NCBI GenBank assembly: GCA_017528315.1
Contig: JAFXOW010000059.1
Location: forward strand, 91,382 to 155,381
From: Bacilli bacterium
GTDB lineage: Bacteria; Bacillota_I; Bacilli_A; RF39; UBA660
Reading direction: 5' to 3'
DNA length: 64,000 nt
Part shown: piece by piece, positions 19,991 to 29,707 of the stretch
Layout of the letters: each line of letters begins with the position of its first letter
Position numbering within the stretch: position 1 is the first letter of the stretch
Position numbers and translations under genes: made by a program
The notes under the pieces: generated by a model
Databases searched by the model: none
Told to the model about the DNA's origin: nothing
The model's input: only the letters and a program-made list of their open reading frames with translations

Positions 19991-21310
19991 AAAGCCATAA
20001 TATAACTTTTTATTTTTTTTTAAAATTATTTTTATATGTTTAAGGTGTCTAATTGTAGTAATTAAAATATTAATGCTGGAACTTATAAGAAGAGAATATA
20101 AACCAATTCCTGGAATGAAACTTAAAACTACTAAAAAGATAGTTTTAAAAATAATTCCTATAAAGTTATCATACATCATTAAATTAGAATTATTGGTCGC
20201 TTGTAAGAATGAAGCAAGCGGTGCTTCTATATAGTAAAGTAAGAAAACAAATGATATATTTTTTATATAATCTGAACCATTCGTTGTTTTATAAAGAAAT
20301 ACTAAAAGATAATCTCTAAAGATAAAAATTAATATTGTTGAAATTAAACCAATAATTAGAGATATTGCTAAAGCTTGTTTCAGTTTCTTTTTAGAGTATT
20401 TTATATTTCCTTTTGAATATTCTCTTGAAATAACTGGAAGAAGGGCACTTGAAATCGCTCCTGTAAAGAATCCTGGAAGAAGTAAAATTGGCATAACAAA
20501 AGCATTAATAATACCATATTCAGTTAAGATAAAATAATTACTATAGCCACATCTAGTTAAAATAAAAGTTAAAATAATAGGTTCAAAAAAGTAAGAAATA
20601 GTTCCAATAATTCTTGTTGCAGTAGTTGGAAGGGAAGTATCTAAAACATTTTTAGAACATTTAAAACTTGGAATCAAATCTTTTTTTTCTATTTTAAAAG
20701 ATTTAGGTAAAAAGAATATTAAAACAATACTAGAAAATGATTCTGAAATAACATTTATTAAAATTAAACAAGTAGTAGTAAATATAATACCTTTATATAA
20801 AATATGGGGAAGAATAAATAGCATAAATAAAAGTCTTATAATTTGTTCAGCTAGATTACTTATAACGTGAGGAATCATTTTTTCTTTTCCAAAAAAGAAT
20901 CCTCTTAAAATACTTGATAGAGAATCAAAGGGTAAAACTAAACTAATAGATAAAATAGGAAGATAAGCAGATTCATTTTTTAATAAATTAAAAGCAATAA
21001 ATCGACTTGTAAAAACTAAAAAGATAGTTAAAATTATATTAATAAAAATAGATATTGGTAAAATTGAAAATAATATCTTTTTACTACTATCAGAATTCTC
21101 AGATACAACTTTCGAAATACCGGTTGAAAATCCTAATTGACTAATAGCCATCATTAAAGAAAAAGTTGGCATAATTAACATGTATAAACTAACAACTTCT
21201 AAATTAGAATTTCTAGTCATGATAACTCTAATAAGAATTCCTAATAGTTTAGTTAATAATCCTCCAATAATTAATATAATTGTACTTTTAATAAATAAGT
21301 TCTTTTTCAT
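19970..21310 (-). CDS. spoVB: MOP-superfamily flippase, SpoVB-like (stage V sporulation protein B / MurJ-related)
   Basis: Polytopic protein. Segments recall B. subtilis SpoVB: N-terminal KSTIILIIGGLLTKLLG, SSILRGFFFGKEKM and SLPTTATRIIGTISYFFEPII. It is shorter (446 aa) than SpoVB. Confidence 0.65.
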   Translation of the reverse strand: MKKNLFIKSTIILIIGGLLTKLLGILIRVIMTRNSNLEVVSLYMLIMPTFSLMMAISQLGFSTGISKVVSENSDSSKKILFSILPISIFINIILTIFLVFTSRFIAFNLLKNESAYLPILSISLVLPFDSLSSILRGFFFGKEKMIPHVISNLAEQIIRLLFMLFILPHILYKGIIFTTTCLILINVISESFSSIVLIFFLPKSFKIEKKDLIPSFKCSKNVLDTSLPTTATRIIGTISYFFEPIILTFILTRCGYSNYFILTEYGIINAFVMPILLLPGFFTGAISSALLPVISREYSKGNIKYSKKKLKQALAISLIIGLISTILIFIFRDYLLVFLYKTTNGSDYIKNISFVFLLYYIEAPLASFLQATNNSNLMMYDNFIGIIFKTIFLVVLSFIPGIGLYSLLISSSINILITTIRHLKHIKIILKKNKKLYYGFLFHFIN

Positions 21311-21431
21311 AATAAAATATATGAAATAATTATTAAAAAAATATATATTTTTAAAAAAAATATGATATACTTATAAAGTAAAGAAGTTGTTTACAATAAT
21401 ATTTAATTTAAAAAGAAAAGGAAGTGTATTT

Positions 21432-22250
21432 ATGGAATTAATTCAAGTTATAATTTTAGGAATTGTACAGGGGATTGCAGAATTTTTACCAATTTCATCT
21501 AGTGCTCATTTAATAATATTTAGAGATATTTTTGGAATTGGAAGCTTTTTAATTGGAGAATATGAAATGAGTTTCGATATAGCTCTTCATTTCGGAACCT
21601 TACTATCTATATTAGTTTTCTTTTTTAAAGACTTTCTATTAATGATAAAAGAAGGATTTACAAAAGGATGTAAAACTACGTATGGAAAGCTTTTATGGTA
21701 TGTAGTAGTAGCAACTATTCCAGCAGCTATTGTTGGAGTATTATTGGAAGATAAAATTGATGAATTAGTTAGAAGTAACTATGTTCTTATATGCATAGCT
21801 TTATCAGTTATGGGAATTATTATTTATTTGGCTGATAAGTTTAGTAAGCAAGAAAAAAGTTTTAAAGAAATACGACTTCGTGATGCAATTATTATAGGAT
21901 GTAGTCAAGTATGTGCTTTAATACCAGGATTTTCTAGAAGTGGAACCACTATAGCTGCTAGTAGATTTTTAAAAATTAATAGAAGAGATGCTGCTAAGTT
22001 TTCTTTTTATATGTCTGCACCAGTTGTTGCAGGAGCTGTATTTATTAAAATACTAAAAGGTGATATGATTTCATCTATTACCTATAATCCTACAGCATTT
22101 ATAATTGGAGTTGCAATTTCATTTATTTCCGGACTTTTATGTATTAAGTTTTTACTTAAATATATTAAAACTCATGATTATAATATTTTTATGTGGTATA
22201 GATTAGGTATTTCACTTTTAGCCTTAATGGTTTTATTATTTAAAAGTTAA
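21432..22250 (+). CDS. uppP: Undecaprenyl-diphosphate phosphatase
   Basis: GIAEFLPISSSAHL motif, the PGFSRSGTTI second motif, and 8 TM-like segments. The start is at MELIQ. Confidence 0.9.
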   Translation: MELIQVIILGIVQGIAEFLPISSSAHLIIFRDIFGIGSFLIGEYEMSFDIALHFGTLLSILVFFFKDFLLMIKEGFTKGCKTTYGKLLWYVVVATIPAAIVGVLLEDKIDELVRSNYVLICIALSVMGIIIYLADKFSKQEKSFKEIRLRDAIIIGCSQVCALIPGFSRSGTTIAASRFLKINRRDAAKFSFYMSAPVVAGAVFIKILKGDMISSITYNPTAFIIGVAISFISGLLCIKFLLKYIKTHDYNIFMWYRLGISLLALMVLLFKS

Positions 22251-22265
22251 AAAGGATTGATATAA

Positions 22266-24539
22266 ATGAATAATATAAAAGAAAGTTTAATAGAATATTA
22301 TAATTCTAATAAGATAAGTGTATATGTAGTAGTGGGAATTATTATTTTGACAATTGTTTTAGGAATTTCTCTATCAGCTGTTAAAAATAATAAAAAAAGT
22401 GATAATACTAATCCAACATCTAGTGAAACTACTCAACATGGAAAAGTATATTTGGTTGGAAGTTCAGAAGTAACTATTAATCAAGGTGATGCTTACGTTG
22501 AAGCAGGTTATTATGTTGTTGACACTAATGGTAAAGTTATAAATAATTTAGAAACTGTAACTATTGATCCCGAGGAGATAGATACCAGTGTTCCTGGAAC
22601 TTATTATATAAATTATTCTTTTGATAATCAAAAAGTTCAAAGAATAGTCAATGTTGTTGCAAATAATGAAAACAATTCTGAACCTATAGAAGATGATAAT
22701 AATAATACAGTTGAATTAGAACTACTTGGAGAAGATACAATAGTCTTAAAATTAAATGATAAATATATTGAACCAGGATATATTGCTAAAGATAGTCAAG
22801 AAGTTGATTTAACTGACACAGTTAAAGTATCTGGTGATGTTGATACATCAAAACTTGGAACTTATACAATTACTTATGAAATTAATGATTCATACAATAA
22901 TGTTATTACTAAAACTAGAACAGTAATTATAAGTGATGTTGATATTAATGTAAATATTAAAACTAATTTAACTGGTAATTATACTAATCAAAATGTTATT
23001 GTTACAATTACTGTTACTGGTGATGATTTTGCTTATGTAAAATTTCCTAATAATACGACATCTCAAAATAAAACAAGTACATATACTATTAGTGATAATG
23101 GTCATTATAAATTTTTAATATATGATAAAAATTCAAAATATACTATTAAAGAACTTGATATTTCACAAATTGATAAAAAATCACCAACAGGAACATGTAT
23201 ATTATTAATTAATAAAGGAAGTAGTACATTTTTAATTCAATCAGATGATGAATTGTCAGGTATTGATAAATATGAAATGTATGGTGATAATACTTTAGTA
23301 GCTTCTACTAAATCTGCTAGCTTTACCTCTAATAAAACTTATAAATCTGCTTATGTTAATTTGTATGATAAAGCCGGTAATATGTTAAAACTTTCTTGTA
23401 ATATTAAAGAAAATCAAGAAGTTTCTGTTAAATCAATTAGTATTGATGGTAGTAAATCTCTTACAATGACTGTTGGTGAAACTAAAAAAGTTAAATATAA
23501 TATTTTACCAAGCAATGCTACAAATAAAAATGTAACATTTAAATCATCAAATTCTAATATCGCATCCATTTCAACAGATGGAACTATATCTGCTAAGAAA
23601 GCTGGAAGTGCTGTTATAACATTGACAACAAGCAATGGTAAAAAAACAGCAACTGTTACGGTTACGGTTAAAGCCCAATCCACTCCTCCAACTGATGAAG
23701 AAGGTAATAGCAAATATAATTATTTAGAAATGCATTTTATTGTTTCTGGACATAATGATGATGCAATACTAATTAGAACAGCTAAAGCAACAATTATGAT
23801 TGATGGTGGACGTTATACAACAAAGACTAGAGTTTTATCTTATTTACAAACTTTAGGTGTGAAAACAATAGATGCTTTGATTGGTTCACATCCACATTAT
23901 AATCATATTCAAGCTCAAGCATATATTATAGACAATTTTAATGTTAAAAGGACGTATTATCCAGTTGATATAAATACTTGTGTTTCCAAGAAATATTGTG
24001 ATAGTAATGATGTTAAATATATAAAAGATACTATTAATAAAAAGGGTATTCCAATGACAGTTACTAAAGCTGGTTCTAAATATGAAATAGGAGATATGAC
24101 TTTATACTTTATTGGACCATATACTCTTGATAATAAATCAAAATATAAACAAAATGCTAATTCATCAATCTTTATTTTAAAATATAAAAATAATACATTT
24201 ATGTTTACTGGTGATACTAGTGGGACTCCATTTACCGTTAGTAAATTAAAACCTAAAGCTGATGCACTTGGAATATCTTTGAAAGTTGATATGCTAAAAT
24301 ATCCTCATCACGGAAATGCTAGTATTGATAAAACTTTGGCATCAACTTTAAAGCCTAAATATGTTATTATTCCAAATTATAATTATGGAAGTAAACTTAA
24401 TAGTACAGGTAAATCAAATCTTCAAAGTGTTGGAGCTACCATATATCAACAAGCAACAGGTGGCAATATTGTGTTAAAGAGTGATGGTAATAATATAACT
24501 GTTAAAACAAAACAAAGTGCAAGTAGTTATAAAAGATAG
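22266..24539 (+). CDS. Membrane-anchored surface protein: two Ig-like (DUF5011-type) domains, one Big_2 domain and a C-terminal ComEC-type metallo-beta-lactamase domain
   Basis: N-terminal TM helix. Two repeats of the pattern YVEAGY..D..G..L...V......DTSxxGTYxIxY. A Big_2-like segment (VKSISIDGSKSLTMTVGETKKVKYNILPSNATNKNVTFKSSNSNIASIS...ITLTT). An MBL core (HFIVSGHNDDAILI...IDGG...GSHPHYNHI...FTGDT...HHG). Confidence 0.65.
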   Translation: MNNIKESLIEYYNSNKISVYVVVGIIILTIVLGISLSAVKNNKKSDNTNPTSSETTQHGKVYLVGSSEVTINQGDAYVEAGYYVVDTNGKVINNLETVTIDPEEIDTSVPGTYYINYSFDNQKVQRIVNVVANNENNSEPIEDDNNNTVELELLGEDTIVLKLNDKYIEPGYIAKDSQEVDLTDTVKVSGDVDTSKLGTYTITYEINDSYNNVITKTRTVIISDVDINVNIKTNLTGNYTNQNVIVTITVTGDDFAYVKFPNNTTSQNKTSTYTISDNGHYKFLIYDKNSKYTIKELDISQIDKKSPTGTCILLINKGSSTFLIQSDDELSGIDKYEMYGDNTLVASTKSASFTSNKTYKSAYVNLYDKAGNMLKLSCNIKENQEVSVKSISIDGSKSLTMTVGETKKVKYNILPSNATNKNVTFKSSNSNIASISTDGTISAKKAGSAVITLTTSNGKKTATVTVTVKAQSTPPTDEEGNSKYNYLEMHFIVSGHNDDAILIRTAKATIMIDGGRYTTKTRVLSYLQTLGVKTIDALIGSHPHYNHIQAQAYIIDNFNVKRTYYPVDINTCVSKKYCDSNDVKYIKDTINKKGIPMTVTKAGSKYEIGDMTLYFIGPYTLDNKSKYKQNANSSIFILKYKNNTFMFTGDTSGTPFTVSKLKPKADALGISLKVDMLKYPHHGNASIDKTLASTLKPKYVIIPNYNYGSKLNSTGKSNLQSVGATIYQQATGGNIVLKSDGNNITVKTKQSASSYKR

Positions 24540-24548
24540 AAGGTGTTT

Positions 24549-24860
24549 ATGGAAAAATATATTATTATAGCAGTAATATTTATCATAATATTATTTGCTG
24601 TCTTAAAATCAATGAAAAAAGATGCTCATTTAGAAATTAATAAACTAGTTGAGTATTTAGGTGGTCCTGATAATATTGTTTCAAGTGATTATAATTTATC
24701 CAGATTTGTGGTTACCTTGAGAGACCCTGATAGAGTAAATAAAGAAGCAATTCAAAAATTAGGAGCAAAAGGAATTGTTGAAATAGATAATCAATTAAAG
24801 ATTATTTTAGGAAATAATTCTAAAATTTTAAAGAAATATATTGATGATATAAAAAGATAA
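24549..24860 (+). CDS. Membrane-anchored PTS-EIIB(Glc)-like domain protein lacking the phospho-accepting Cys
   Basis: One TM helix, then LVEYLGGPDNIVSSDYNLSRFVVTLRD...GAKGIV, which mirrors the EIIB fold signature (..GG..NI......C.TRLR..v.d). The protein contains no cysteine at all. Confidence 0.5.
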   Translation: MEKYIIIAVIFIIILFAVLKSMKKDAHLEINKLVEYLGGPDNIVSSDYNLSRFVVTLRDPDRVNKEAIQKLGAKGIVEIDNQLKIILGNNSKILKKYIDDIKR

Positions 24861-24945
24861 TTTATTAGCTTTAAAATTTATGAAATGAAGTTGGTATATA
24901 AATTACTTATATTTGAACGATATGTTAAAACAATAAATTTTAGTT

Positions 24946-24971
24946 AAAAAAGATACATATGTGTCTTTTTT
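24946..24971 (+). terminator. Intrinsic terminator
   Basis: AAAAGATAC (24947-24955) / GTGTCTTTT (24961-24969) hairpin with one G-U pair, followed by a T-run. Confidence 0.55.
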
Positions 24972-25054
24972 ATATTATAGAATGGTTTTTGTTTAATAAT
25001 ACATAAATTATAATATATATTTATGATATACTAATCTTGAATGGAGGTATCAAT

Positions 25055-26545
25055 ATGCATGATAAAACTTATATAGCAATTGATTTAAAATCTTTTTATG
25101 CCTCAGTCGAATGTGTTGAAAGAGGACTTAATCCTTTAACAACTAATTTAGTAGTAGCTGATGAAGAAAGAACTTCTAAAACTATTTGTCTTGCAGTATC
25201 TCCTTCTTTAAAACAATATGGTTTATCAGGAAGATCAAGATTATATGAAGTAATTCAAAAAGTTAAGGAAGTAAACTTAGAAAGAAGAAAAAAAATAAAA
25301 TTTAAATCATTTCAAGGAAAAAGTTCTAATTATATAGAATTAAATAATAATCCATATTTAGAACTTGATTTTATAATTGCAAAACCAAGAATGGCTTACT
25401 ATATGGAGTATTCTACTAAAATATATAATATTTATCTTAAATATGTATCAAGCTTAGATATGCATGTTTATTCAATAGATGAAGTCTTTATAGATGCTAC
25501 TAGTTATTTAAAACTATATAACTTAACTCCTTATAAATTTGCTATGAAAATGATTCAAAATATTTTAGATGAAACCGGAATAACTGCAACTGCTGGGATT
25601 GCTCCTAATTTATATTTATGTAAAGTTGCTATGGATATTGTTGCTAAACATATAAAAGGAAATAAGGATGGAGTGAGAATTGCAGAACTTGATATACCAT
25701 CTTACAGAAAGCTTTTATGGAACCATAAACCTTTAACTGATTTTTGGAGAGTAGGTCATGGTATAGCTTCAAGACTTGACAATAATAATATTCATACTAT
25801 GGGAGATCTTGCTAGAACGTCTCTTACAAATGAAGCACTTTTATATAAATTATTTGGAGTAAATGCTGAACTATTAATTGATCATGCTTGGGGAATTGAA
25901 CCTTGTTCTATTCAGGATATTAAAAAATATAAACCCAAAATGAATAGTATTTCAACTTCTCAAGTATTGCATACTCCCTATAACTTTCAAGATGCACTTA
26001 TTGTAGTTTTAGAAATGACTGATTCTTTAGTTTTAGAATTAGTTGAAAAAGGATTGGTAACTAAAAGAATTGATTTAATTATTGGTTATGATACTGAAAA
26101 TATCAATGAAAGTTATAAAGGAGAAATAAAAAATGATCGATATGGAAGAAGCATTCCTAAAGAATCACATGGTTTTAAAACTTTTGATAAATATTCGTCT
26201 TCAACTAAAATTATTACTTCAGAAATGATTGAAATATATAATAATATAATAAGAGGAGATTTATCTATAAGAAGACTAACTATAGCATTTAATGATGTAA
26301 TAGATTCAGTAGATGCTAGTAGTAAAGTAGTTGCTAAACAGTTAGATTTATTCAGTGATAATTCTACTTTAGATAAGACAGATAAATTATTAGAAAATGA
26401 ATTAGAGACTGAGAAGAAAATTCAAAAAACGATAATTAAAATTAGAGATAAATATGGTAAAAATGCTATGTTAAAAGGAATAGATTTAGAAAGATCGGCT
26501 ACAGCTAGAGATAGAAATAATCAAATAGGAGGACATAGAGCATGA
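25055..26545 (+). CDS. Y-family (translesion) DNA polymerase, UvrX/YqjW-like
   Basis: The N-terminus YIAIDLKSFYASVECVERGLNP...VVAD, SIDEVFID (catalytic acidic motif) and the little-finger region are typical of the ImpB/MucB/SamB family. The start at MHDKTY follows GGAGG. Confidence 0.8.
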   Translation: MHDKTYIAIDLKSFYASVECVERGLNPLTTNLVVADEERTSKTICLAVSPSLKQYGLSGRSRLYEVIQKVKEVNLERRKKIKFKSFQGKSSNYIELNNNPYLELDFIIAKPRMAYYMEYSTKIYNIYLKYVSSLDMHVYSIDEVFIDATSYLKLYNLTPYKFAMKMIQNILDETGITATAGIAPNLYLCKVAMDIVAKHIKGNKDGVRIAELDIPSYRKLLWNHKPLTDFWRVGHGIASRLDNNNIHTMGDLARTSLTNEALLYKLFGVNAELLIDHAWGIEPCSIQDIKKYKPKMNSISTSQVLHTPYNFQDALIVVLEMTDSLVLELVEKGLVTKRIDLIIGYDTENINESYKGEIKNDRYGRSIPKESHGFKTFDKYSSSTKIITSEMIEIYNNIIRGDLSIRRLTIAFNDVIDSVDASSKVVAKQLDLFSDNSTLDKTDKLLENELETEKKIQKTIIKIRDKYGKNAMLKGIDLERSATARDRNNQIGGHRA

Positions 26546-26943
26546 ATGATTATTCTGATATAATAGATTTTGACTATCAAGGACCAAAGAATCATGTTAG
26601 AATGCCAAAAGAAAGTAGAGCTTTTCAATTTGGATCTTTTAGAGCTTTATCAGGGTATGACGAAGAATTAAAAGAAGCAAGAAGAATTGTATCTGAACAA
26701 ATTATTCTAAGTGAAGATCAAAAATATTTACTTGATCAAAAATTACAGGAAATAAAAAATAATATAAATAGTAATCCTCAAATTAAAATTACTTACTTTA
26801 TAAAAGATTTAAAAAAATATGGAGGATTTTATAAAACTATTATAACTAATATAAAAAAGATAGACTTTCCTAATAAAGAAATTATTTTATTTAACAAAGA
26901 AAAAATATTAATTAAAAATATAATTAATATAGATATAATTTAA
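26542..26943 (+). CDS. YolD-like small protein (accessory partner of Y-family polymerases in Firmicutes)
   Basis: A 133-aa ORF translationally coupled (4-nt overlap) to the polymerase gene, the position YolD-like genes occupy next to uvrX/yqjW. The sequence match is judged only loosely. Confidence 0.45.
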   Translation: MNDYSDIIDFDYQGPKNHVRMPKESRAFQFGSFRALSGYDEELKEARRIVSEQIILSEDQKYLLDQKLQEIKNNINSNPQIKITYFIKDLKKYGGFYKTIITNIKKIDFPNKEIILFNKEKILIKNIINIDII

Positions 26944-27003
26944 ATATCCAAAATTTGCATTTTATCTTTATTTATTATATAATACTTATGAAGGACGTGG
27001 ATT

Positions 27004-27975
27004 ATGGCTTTATTTGAAAGTTTAAAATTGTTTCCTAAAATTGATTTACATATTGACTATTTTGGTTCTATAAGTAAAGATACTATATATGAATTAACTA
27101 AAACGAGAAATAATACTAGTGATTTGGATGAAATATTAGAATTTGATAGTATAACGGATTATGATAATTCTAAAGAATTAGTGAAAAAGATATTAAATAG
27201 TTATCAGAATATAGAAATAGCAACCAATAATTTATTAGAAAAACTTAAACAAGATAATTTATTATATGGAGAAATATATTTAAGTTTAGATTCATTTTTA
27301 TTTAATTTAGATAAGGAAGTAATAGTTAAAACAATTATTAATAAAATTCATGAGAACGAGCTTAATATTAATATTGTATTAGAAGTAGAATCTAGTATTA
27401 CTAAAGAAAGTTTATATAATGATTTAAATATTTTATATAAATATTATAATAAAGGAATAAATGGAATTTACTTTAAGAAAAATAAATTTGATAGAATAGA
27501 AAGTTATAAATCTTTGTTTGATAAGTTTAATAAAGATAAAGTTAATTATATATTACTTATGGATTCTAAATTAACTAGTCAAGATAAAGATATTTATTAT
27601 AATGCTAGTAGAATTATTTATAATGTAATGGAAATTCCCGATGAAGAATTTTTAAGTAATATTAGAGAAAAAAATATTATTATGGAATTTGGAATTACTT
27701 ATCAAAGTTTTTTCAATATGTATGATGATTTAAAGAATCATATTATTTATGATTTATATAAATTAAACATTAATGTTGCGTTTACAACTATTGATATGAC
27801 TTCCCTTGATACAGATTTATTAAATGAATATTGTAAGATATTTAATGTATTTCCATTTAGTTTACATGATTTAGTTAATATATCTTTAAATATTTTAAAT
27901 AATGTAAATATTGATGCTGTTATGAAAAATAATTTAATAAGTGAATTTAGAGAAAAGGCTAATCTATTACTTTAG
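27004..27975 (+). CDS. Adenosine/AMP-deaminase-fold (amidohydrolase) protein, degenerate metal site
   Basis: The N-terminal KIDLHIDYFGS aligns with the ELHxHLDGS signature but reads H-I-D. The late AFTTIDMTS aligns with the S-x-N-T-D-D region. Size (323 aa) fits. Confidence 0.4.
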   Translation: MALFESLKLFPKIDLHIDYFGSISKDTIYELTKTRNNTSDLDEILEFDSITDYDNSKELVKKILNSYQNIEIATNNLLEKLKQDNLLYGEIYLSLDSFLFNLDKEVIVKTIINKIHENELNINIVLEVESSITKESLYNDLNILYKYYNKGINGIYFKKNKFDRIESYKSLFDKFNKDKVNYILLMDSKLTSQDKDIYYNASRIIYNVMEIPDEEFLSNIREKNIIMEFGITYQSFFNMYDDLKNHIIYDLYKLNINVAFTTIDMTSLDTDLLNEYCKIFNVFPFSLHDLVNISLNILNNVNIDAVMKNNLISEFREKANLLL

Positions 27976-28050
27976 TCTTTTTTTCAAAAATTATTGATTT
28001 TTAAGATTAATTAAGATAAAATTATTAAGTAAATAGAAGGAGTGGTAAGT

Positions 28051-29130
28051 ATGGATAATTTAAAATTGATTGTTATGGAAAATTGTAAAGATTTAGGAGA
28101 AAAAGTAAATAAACATTTACAAGAAATAGTAAGTACAAATGAAGATTTAAGAATACCAATAGATGAAGTTAAATTTAATAATGGAGAAGGAAAAGTTGTT
28201 ATTAAAGAAAGTGTTCGTAAGAAAGATATATTTATTTTAACTGATCCGATGAATCATTCAATTACTTATAAGATGTATAATTATTTGAATCACAAAAGTC
28301 CAGATGATCATTTTGTTGATGTAATTAGAACATTATGTGCAATTAGAAATCAAGCAGAACGTGTTAGTTTAGTAATGCCATTTTTATATGCATCAAGACA
28401 ACATAAAAGAGATGGAAGAGAATCACTCGACTGTGCGGTTGCTTTACAAGAATTTATTCATCAAGGAGTTAAAAATATTATTACTTTTGATGTACATGAC
28501 TCGAATGTTCAAAACGCTATACCATCTTCATCATTCGATAATTTTTATCCAACTAATATTATTTTAGAAAAGTTTGTTACAGAAGAGGATATTGATAAGA
28601 ATAATTTACTAGCCGTTTCACCTGATAATGGAGCTTTAAAAAGAACAAGATTTTTTGCTAATATGCTTGGATGTGAACTTGGAGGACACTTCGAGAAACA
28701 CCGTGATGTATATCATGTAATAGATGGTAAAAATCCAATTTTAGAACATGAATATATTGGAAAAGATGTAAGTGACAAGGATATAGTTATAGTTGATGAT
28801 ATGATTTCTAGTGGTGAATCAATGTTAGATGTTGCCAGAGAATTAAAAAAACGTGGAGCTAACCGTATTTATATGTTTTCAGCTTATGTGATGTTTACAA
28901 AAGGAATAGTGGTATTTGATAAAGCTTATAAAGAAGGATTATTTGAAAAAGTGTTTACAACTAATTTATCGTATATAATGGATGAAGCTAAAGATAGAGA
29001 TTGGATTACAATTGCTGATTGTTCCGAATATTTGGCTAAAATTATTTATACTTTCCATATAGGTGGTTCAATTTCTCCAATTTTAAGTGCAACTAGCAAG
29101 GTGTTAGAAGATTTTGCTCATAACAATTAA
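28051..29130 (+). CDS. prs: Ribose-phosphate pyrophosphokinase (long form)
   Basis: PRPP-binding loop VIVDDMISSGESM and the flexible-loop/phosphate region RQHKRDGRES. The start follows AAGGAG. Confidence 0.8.
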   Translation: MDNLKLIVMENCKDLGEKVNKHLQEIVSTNEDLRIPIDEVKFNNGEGKVVIKESVRKKDIFILTDPMNHSITYKMYNYLNHKSPDDHFVDVIRTLCAIRNQAERVSLVMPFLYASRQHKRDGRESLDCAVALQEFIHQGVKNIITFDVHDSNVQNAIPSSSFDNFYPTNIILEKFVTEEDIDKNNLLAVSPDNGALKRTRFFANMLGCELGGHFEKHRDVYHVIDGKNPILEHEYIGKDVSDKDIVIVDDMISSGESMLDVARELKKRGANRIYMFSAYVMFTKGIVVFDKAYKEGLFEKVFTTNLSYIMDEAKDRDWITIADCSEYLAKIIYTFHIGGSISPILSATSKVLEDFAHNN

Positions 29131-29159
29131 AGCGAATAGTTAAACTATTTGCTTTTTTT
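29131..29159 (+). terminator. Intrinsic terminator of prs
   Basis: 10-bp stem AGCGAATAGT / ACTATTTGCT with one G-U pair and a 3-nt loop, followed by TTTTTT. Confidence 0.7.
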
Positions 29160-29239
29160 GTCAATAAGTGTAAAATGTTAAATTTTTTTGTATTTTTTTG
29201 ATAAATTAATTTAATAATTTTTAGAAATAATTGAATTAA

Positions 29240-29707
29240 TTTAATAAATTGTCTTAGGACAAACTTATAAATTGAGATTTATTTTTAATATAAAAAGCCA
29301 TTTTTGAGATATTTTTGATACTCTTGACTTATCTAAATCTTTTATGTTATGTTACTTTTTACAGCTGTTATTGATTATGAATCTATTCATATAGAACTTG
29401 AAAAAGTAATTAGTAATGCTAAAGAAAAAGAAATAAATGAGAACAATTTATTTGATGTAGCAAGATTTTTAGGAGATTTTTATTACGATTTAATATATAT
29501 TCATCCCTTTAGGGACGGAAATGGTCGATGTATTCGTGAATATTTAAGAGAGTTTACAGAATATAAATTTCCGAGATTTTCTCTTAATTATGATAAGATT
29601 GATAAAAAAATTTTTTATTAGGAGTAACTGATAGAGATACCTATCCATTGCTTTTAGCATATGAAATATATAATGCTTTAGAAAAAAATGAAAAAATAGT
29701 CAAATGA
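29240..29707 (+). pseudogene. Fic/DOC-family (AMPylase) gene remnant
   Basis: ORF 29349..29621 carries the Fic motif HPFRDGNGRCIRE but lacks the usual N-terminal about 100 aa. Its C-terminal continuation (KNFLLGVTDRDTYPLLLAYEIYNALEKNEKIVK*) lies in another frame after the A7/T6 run at 29604-29616. There is no SD. Confidence 0.6.

Noticed and set aside
24915-24926. Possible LexA/Cheo box GAACGATATGTT upstream of the Y-family polymerase
   Set aside because: The right half does not match GTTC at N4 spacing. The site also lies upstream of the terminator at 24946-24971, so it cannot control the polymerase promoter.
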